In this document: one piece after another, positions 40,401-41,964 of the stretch
How positions within the stretch are numbered: position 1 is the first letter of the stretch
Layout of the letters: the number at the start of each line of letters is the position of its first letter
Assembly: GCA_964608675.1 (NCBI GenBank)
Contig: CAZSOZ010000007.1
Location: forward strand, 1-41,964
Direction: 5' to 3'
Origin: an uncultured archaeon
Lineage (GTDB): Archaea > Iainarchaeota > Iainarchaeia > Iainarchaeales > 1-14-0-10-31-34
Length of the DNA: 41,964 nucleotides
Program-made: the position numbers and the translations under genes
Notes under the pieces: model-generated
Database searches by the model: none
What the model was told of the DNA's origin: nothing
What the model saw: the letters and a program-made list of their open reading frames with translations, nothing else

Positions 40401-41243
40401 TCTTCCAATCCAGATTTCTGCTTCAGTGTTTCCTGAATGTTCATCATATATTCCATCTGATTCAAAATCAGTCCATGTTCCATCCAAATCCATGTAAAAT
40501 AAATCCAAAGGAAACTCTTCAAAGGATTGCATGTCTAAAAACCATGCTGTAGGAATATCTCCAACAAAAATTGCTCCTTGAAGTTCAGGCAAACCCTGCT
40601 CCAAGAAATTCTTTAAATCTTCTGGCGCGCCAAAAGTTCCAAAATATAATTCAACACTATACCCTTCATTTTGTAAATCAAAAACAAAAGTCTGAAGTTC
40701 TTGTTCTAATTCATAATAAACTCCTGCATCAACAACAACATAAATCAAATTACTTTTGTTTTTTTCTCCTGAATCAAATGCTTTTTGAATATTAAAAGGC
40801 TGAACTTTTCTATTTTTAGTATATTCCTCATAATTCATTGGTTTTGTTCCTTTTGGGCCAGCCCATCGTGTTTTTGCTATAAAGTCTTGTTCTTTTATGC
40901 TTGTATCTCCCTCCAAATATTTTTGATAGTTTTTTATTCTTGTTTGATGTTCTTCAACGGTTTCCCTAAATTCTTTTTGGATTAATGGATGATAAACTCT
41001 TTCTATTTCACTTAAAACAACTTTTTGTTTTTCACAAACATTTTCTTCGTCTGTTTGTTTGTCACAATCATTATCTAATCCATCGCATATTTCTGTTGAA
41101 GGAATGCACTCTGGTTCTATTGTTGTTGGTTCTGTTGTTTTTGTGTCTAATGATTTGATTGCTTTTCCTGTGTCAGTTTGAGTGCAACCAGAAAAAAACA
41201 AAATAAGTAAAATCAAGAAAAGTGCTGTTGATTTTTTGGGCAT
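37476..41243 (-). CDS. Large lipoprotein: Cys-rich metal-binding motif, C25 (gingipain-like) peptidase domain, two Ig-like repeats, FG-GAP/VCBS repeats, dockerin
   Basis: FFSG-C20 lipobox; EICDGLDNDCD; FVGDIP, EIWIGRI, FVHS, LFACS, LLGDPTL; repeated D-[LI]-D-N-D-G-x-x-E and GWP; duplicated C-terminal dockerin-type repeat. Confidence 0.85.
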   Translation of the reverse strand: MPKKSTALFLILLILFFSGCTQTDTGKAIKSLDTKTTEPTTIEPECIPSTEICDGLDNDCDKQTDEENVCEKQKVVLSEIERVYHPLIQKEFRETVEEHQTRIKNYQKYLEGDTSIKEQDFIAKTRWAGPKGTKPMNYEEYTKNRKVQPFNIQKAFDSGEKNKSNLIYVVVDAGVYYELEQELQTFVFDLQNEGYSVELYFGTFGAPEDLKNFLEQGLPELQGAIFVGDIPTAWFLDMQSFEEFPLDLFYMDLDGTWTDFESDGIYDEHSGNTEAEIWIGRIDATTLEGNIIDLYKNYFYKNHLYRTQNLKLPNRSLVYVDNDWQYWAEEWNQDMQELYKYTTKVKDKNGTNELDYKTRLLWNYDWISVFVHSWPRGHIFESESNRDVSSEDIQNIDPHALFYNLFACSAAKFTEQNYLAGRYLFADTYGVGVISSTKSGSMLDFNYFYGPLGERQTLGEAFKFWFNEIGINNMTWHYGMELLGDPTLKPNKPNELPVSHMNLEDYGTLRETNSINGTAKKGELPFSTFDNYVISIGGGLNPIEWKTEGIELNDEGLIEIDDSVLGQIDSTRNKDGLYVLKLTVDDGNILQTNYKTVLFLDNADINLSKRFFKLEETVQINGSAIGSHFSNYIIEWGIGEEPNEWFTTGINLENNGQSPVIDSLLGTLDTSGMNDYNYTYTLKLKVFHKDGLVNEEKETIIVDPDYKQGWPKKMEFGMINVHPVLVADITGDEKKEIIFQEIEKENWSLLTHALNIYGEDIEGWPLSNKEESELNKFSLRIKTVPSVDDLDNDETKEIIFNSYNELACVSSEGTVLWQNWIANYHFNPESVPIITDLDNDGLKEIIILAFPLCGNNSCGTKDKIYVFNHDGSLKWIATIPAIGFQSPPAVGDITGDGHKEIFLYGNNYSLDRRELHLFNSDGNELNGWPIIKEEENNGTFALADLDKDNTMEILYADKNQSDANYQKWTTKIHAINSAGNEINGWPAIINSSAYIFSLIPFDLDNDGFLEVFVSTYNNYIFDYMGKIIEEYHLPASFYYNEPVTGDIDNDNQKEIFNVNIYGLKDKKFYGIHKNGSYIINWPKIIDSYKIQDWYPWDYTMYITPIFDDIDNDRKIDIVLATDEYIYVWEFDANYTEFSSDWQMYRNNPQHTGAYTKPFLCGDPNNDKKVNIIDVSYLINYIFNEGPAPKCNPITVCADPNQNQKVNIADLVYLINYIFNEGPAPCEMPEEYKETNTTGWTKQDAEEYLNKAMQNS
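37572..37706. repeat. 27-bp exact direct repeat encoding the two dockerin halves
   Basis: TGGTGCTGGTCCTTCATTAAAAATGTA at 37572-37598 and 37680-37706 (YIFNEGPAP twice). Confidence 0.9.
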
Positions 41244-41294
41244 AACATTAATTCATGTTTTTGGATAATATAAAGTTTTGTTTTGTTTTTGTTT

Positions 41295-41843
41295 TTATTT
41301 CCATTTTATGTTGCATCCGCAGGAAGGCTCTTCTTTTACTGAAACCTTTTTTCCTTCAATTAACTGCTGTAATGCTTCTTCTAATTCTGCTGTGTTTCCT
41401 TCTTCGTGTTCATACATGTGAGTATCATCAAATCTTCCATGATAAACCAATTTATGGCTTGAATCAAACAAGAATGGGTCAGGAGTGCATTCTGCTCCAA
41501 ATTTTTTTGCTGTTTCCTGTGTTGGATCACTTAAATACAAAAACTTGAATTTTCCTGTTTCAGCGTATTCTTTCATGTTTTCAAATGAATCTTCTTCAAC
41601 TACTTCAGAGTTTGAATTAATGCCTATTACTTGCAGAAATTTTTCGTATTTTTCCTGCAGTTCATTTAAGTAATCAAATTTAGGTTTTACGTACGGGCAG
41701 TGGTTGCACATAAACACAATCAAAATACTTTTTCCTTCAAATTCTTTTAATGAATGCATTTTATTATCGGTTCCTTTTAATTCAAAGCCAGGGGCTTTGT
41801 CTCCTTTTTTTAACACATTGTATTTTGAGTAAGTTAAAACCAT
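41295..41843 (-). CDS. Thioredoxin-fold redoxin (AhpC/TSA-like)
   Basis: APGFEL, FMCNHCPYV, GINSN, CTPDPFLFD, YHGRFDD, GCNIKW; GGAGTGA Shine-Dalgarno before ATG 41843. Confidence 0.92.
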   Translation of the reverse strand: MVLTYSKYNVLKKGDKAPGFELKGTDNKMHSLKEFEGKSILIVFMCNHCPYVKPKFDYLNELQEKYEKFLQVIGINSNSEVVEEDSFENMKEYAETGKFKFLYLSDPTQETAKKFGAECTPDPFLFDSSHKLVYHGRFDDTHMYEHEEGNTAELEEALQQLIEGKKVSVKEEPSCGCNIKWK

Positions 41844-41911
41844 TTTCAATCACTCCTTTTATTCATTTTAATTATTTTTTGTGTTTTTTTTTATTATTTT
41901 TTAATTTAATT

Positions 41912-41964
<53 letters not shown>

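Overview
AT-rich (roughly 30% GC by eye) archaeal genome segment using the standard code; split rpoB and rpoA, fast-evolving Lys-rich proteins and gene content suggest a DPANN archaeon, possibly Diapherotrites/Iainarchaeota (inference). Positions 1-25.1 kb hold a minus-strand informational cluster: rpoH-rpoB''-rpoB'-rpoA'-rpoA''-eL30-nusA-uS12-uS7-EF2-EF1A-uS10-archease-rtcB-uL3-uL4-uL23-uL2-uS19-uL22-uS3. It is interrupted by a very basic GNAT-like orphan, a frameshifted small membrane gene, a very basic GT4 glycosyltransferase and a 954-aa surface protein with Cys-flanked repeats. Positions 25.3-42 kb hold HTH-riboflavin kinase, an orphan membrane module, UppP, MATE, 2-oxoacid:ferredoxin oxidoreductase, VIT1+DUF211, GT4+TylF, split transketolase, a 1255-aa lipoprotein (C25-like peptidase, FG-GAP repeats, dockerin) and a redoxin; the window ends in a poly-T tract. 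The most striking signals are clustered substitutions at normally near-invariant RNA polymerase active-centre positions (trigger loop, bridge helix, metal-B ED motif, NTP-binding Arg) and in both decoding-site loops of uS12. No rRNA, tRNA, CRISPR or mobile element was recognised. All family calls come from motif recognition by eye, not database searches.
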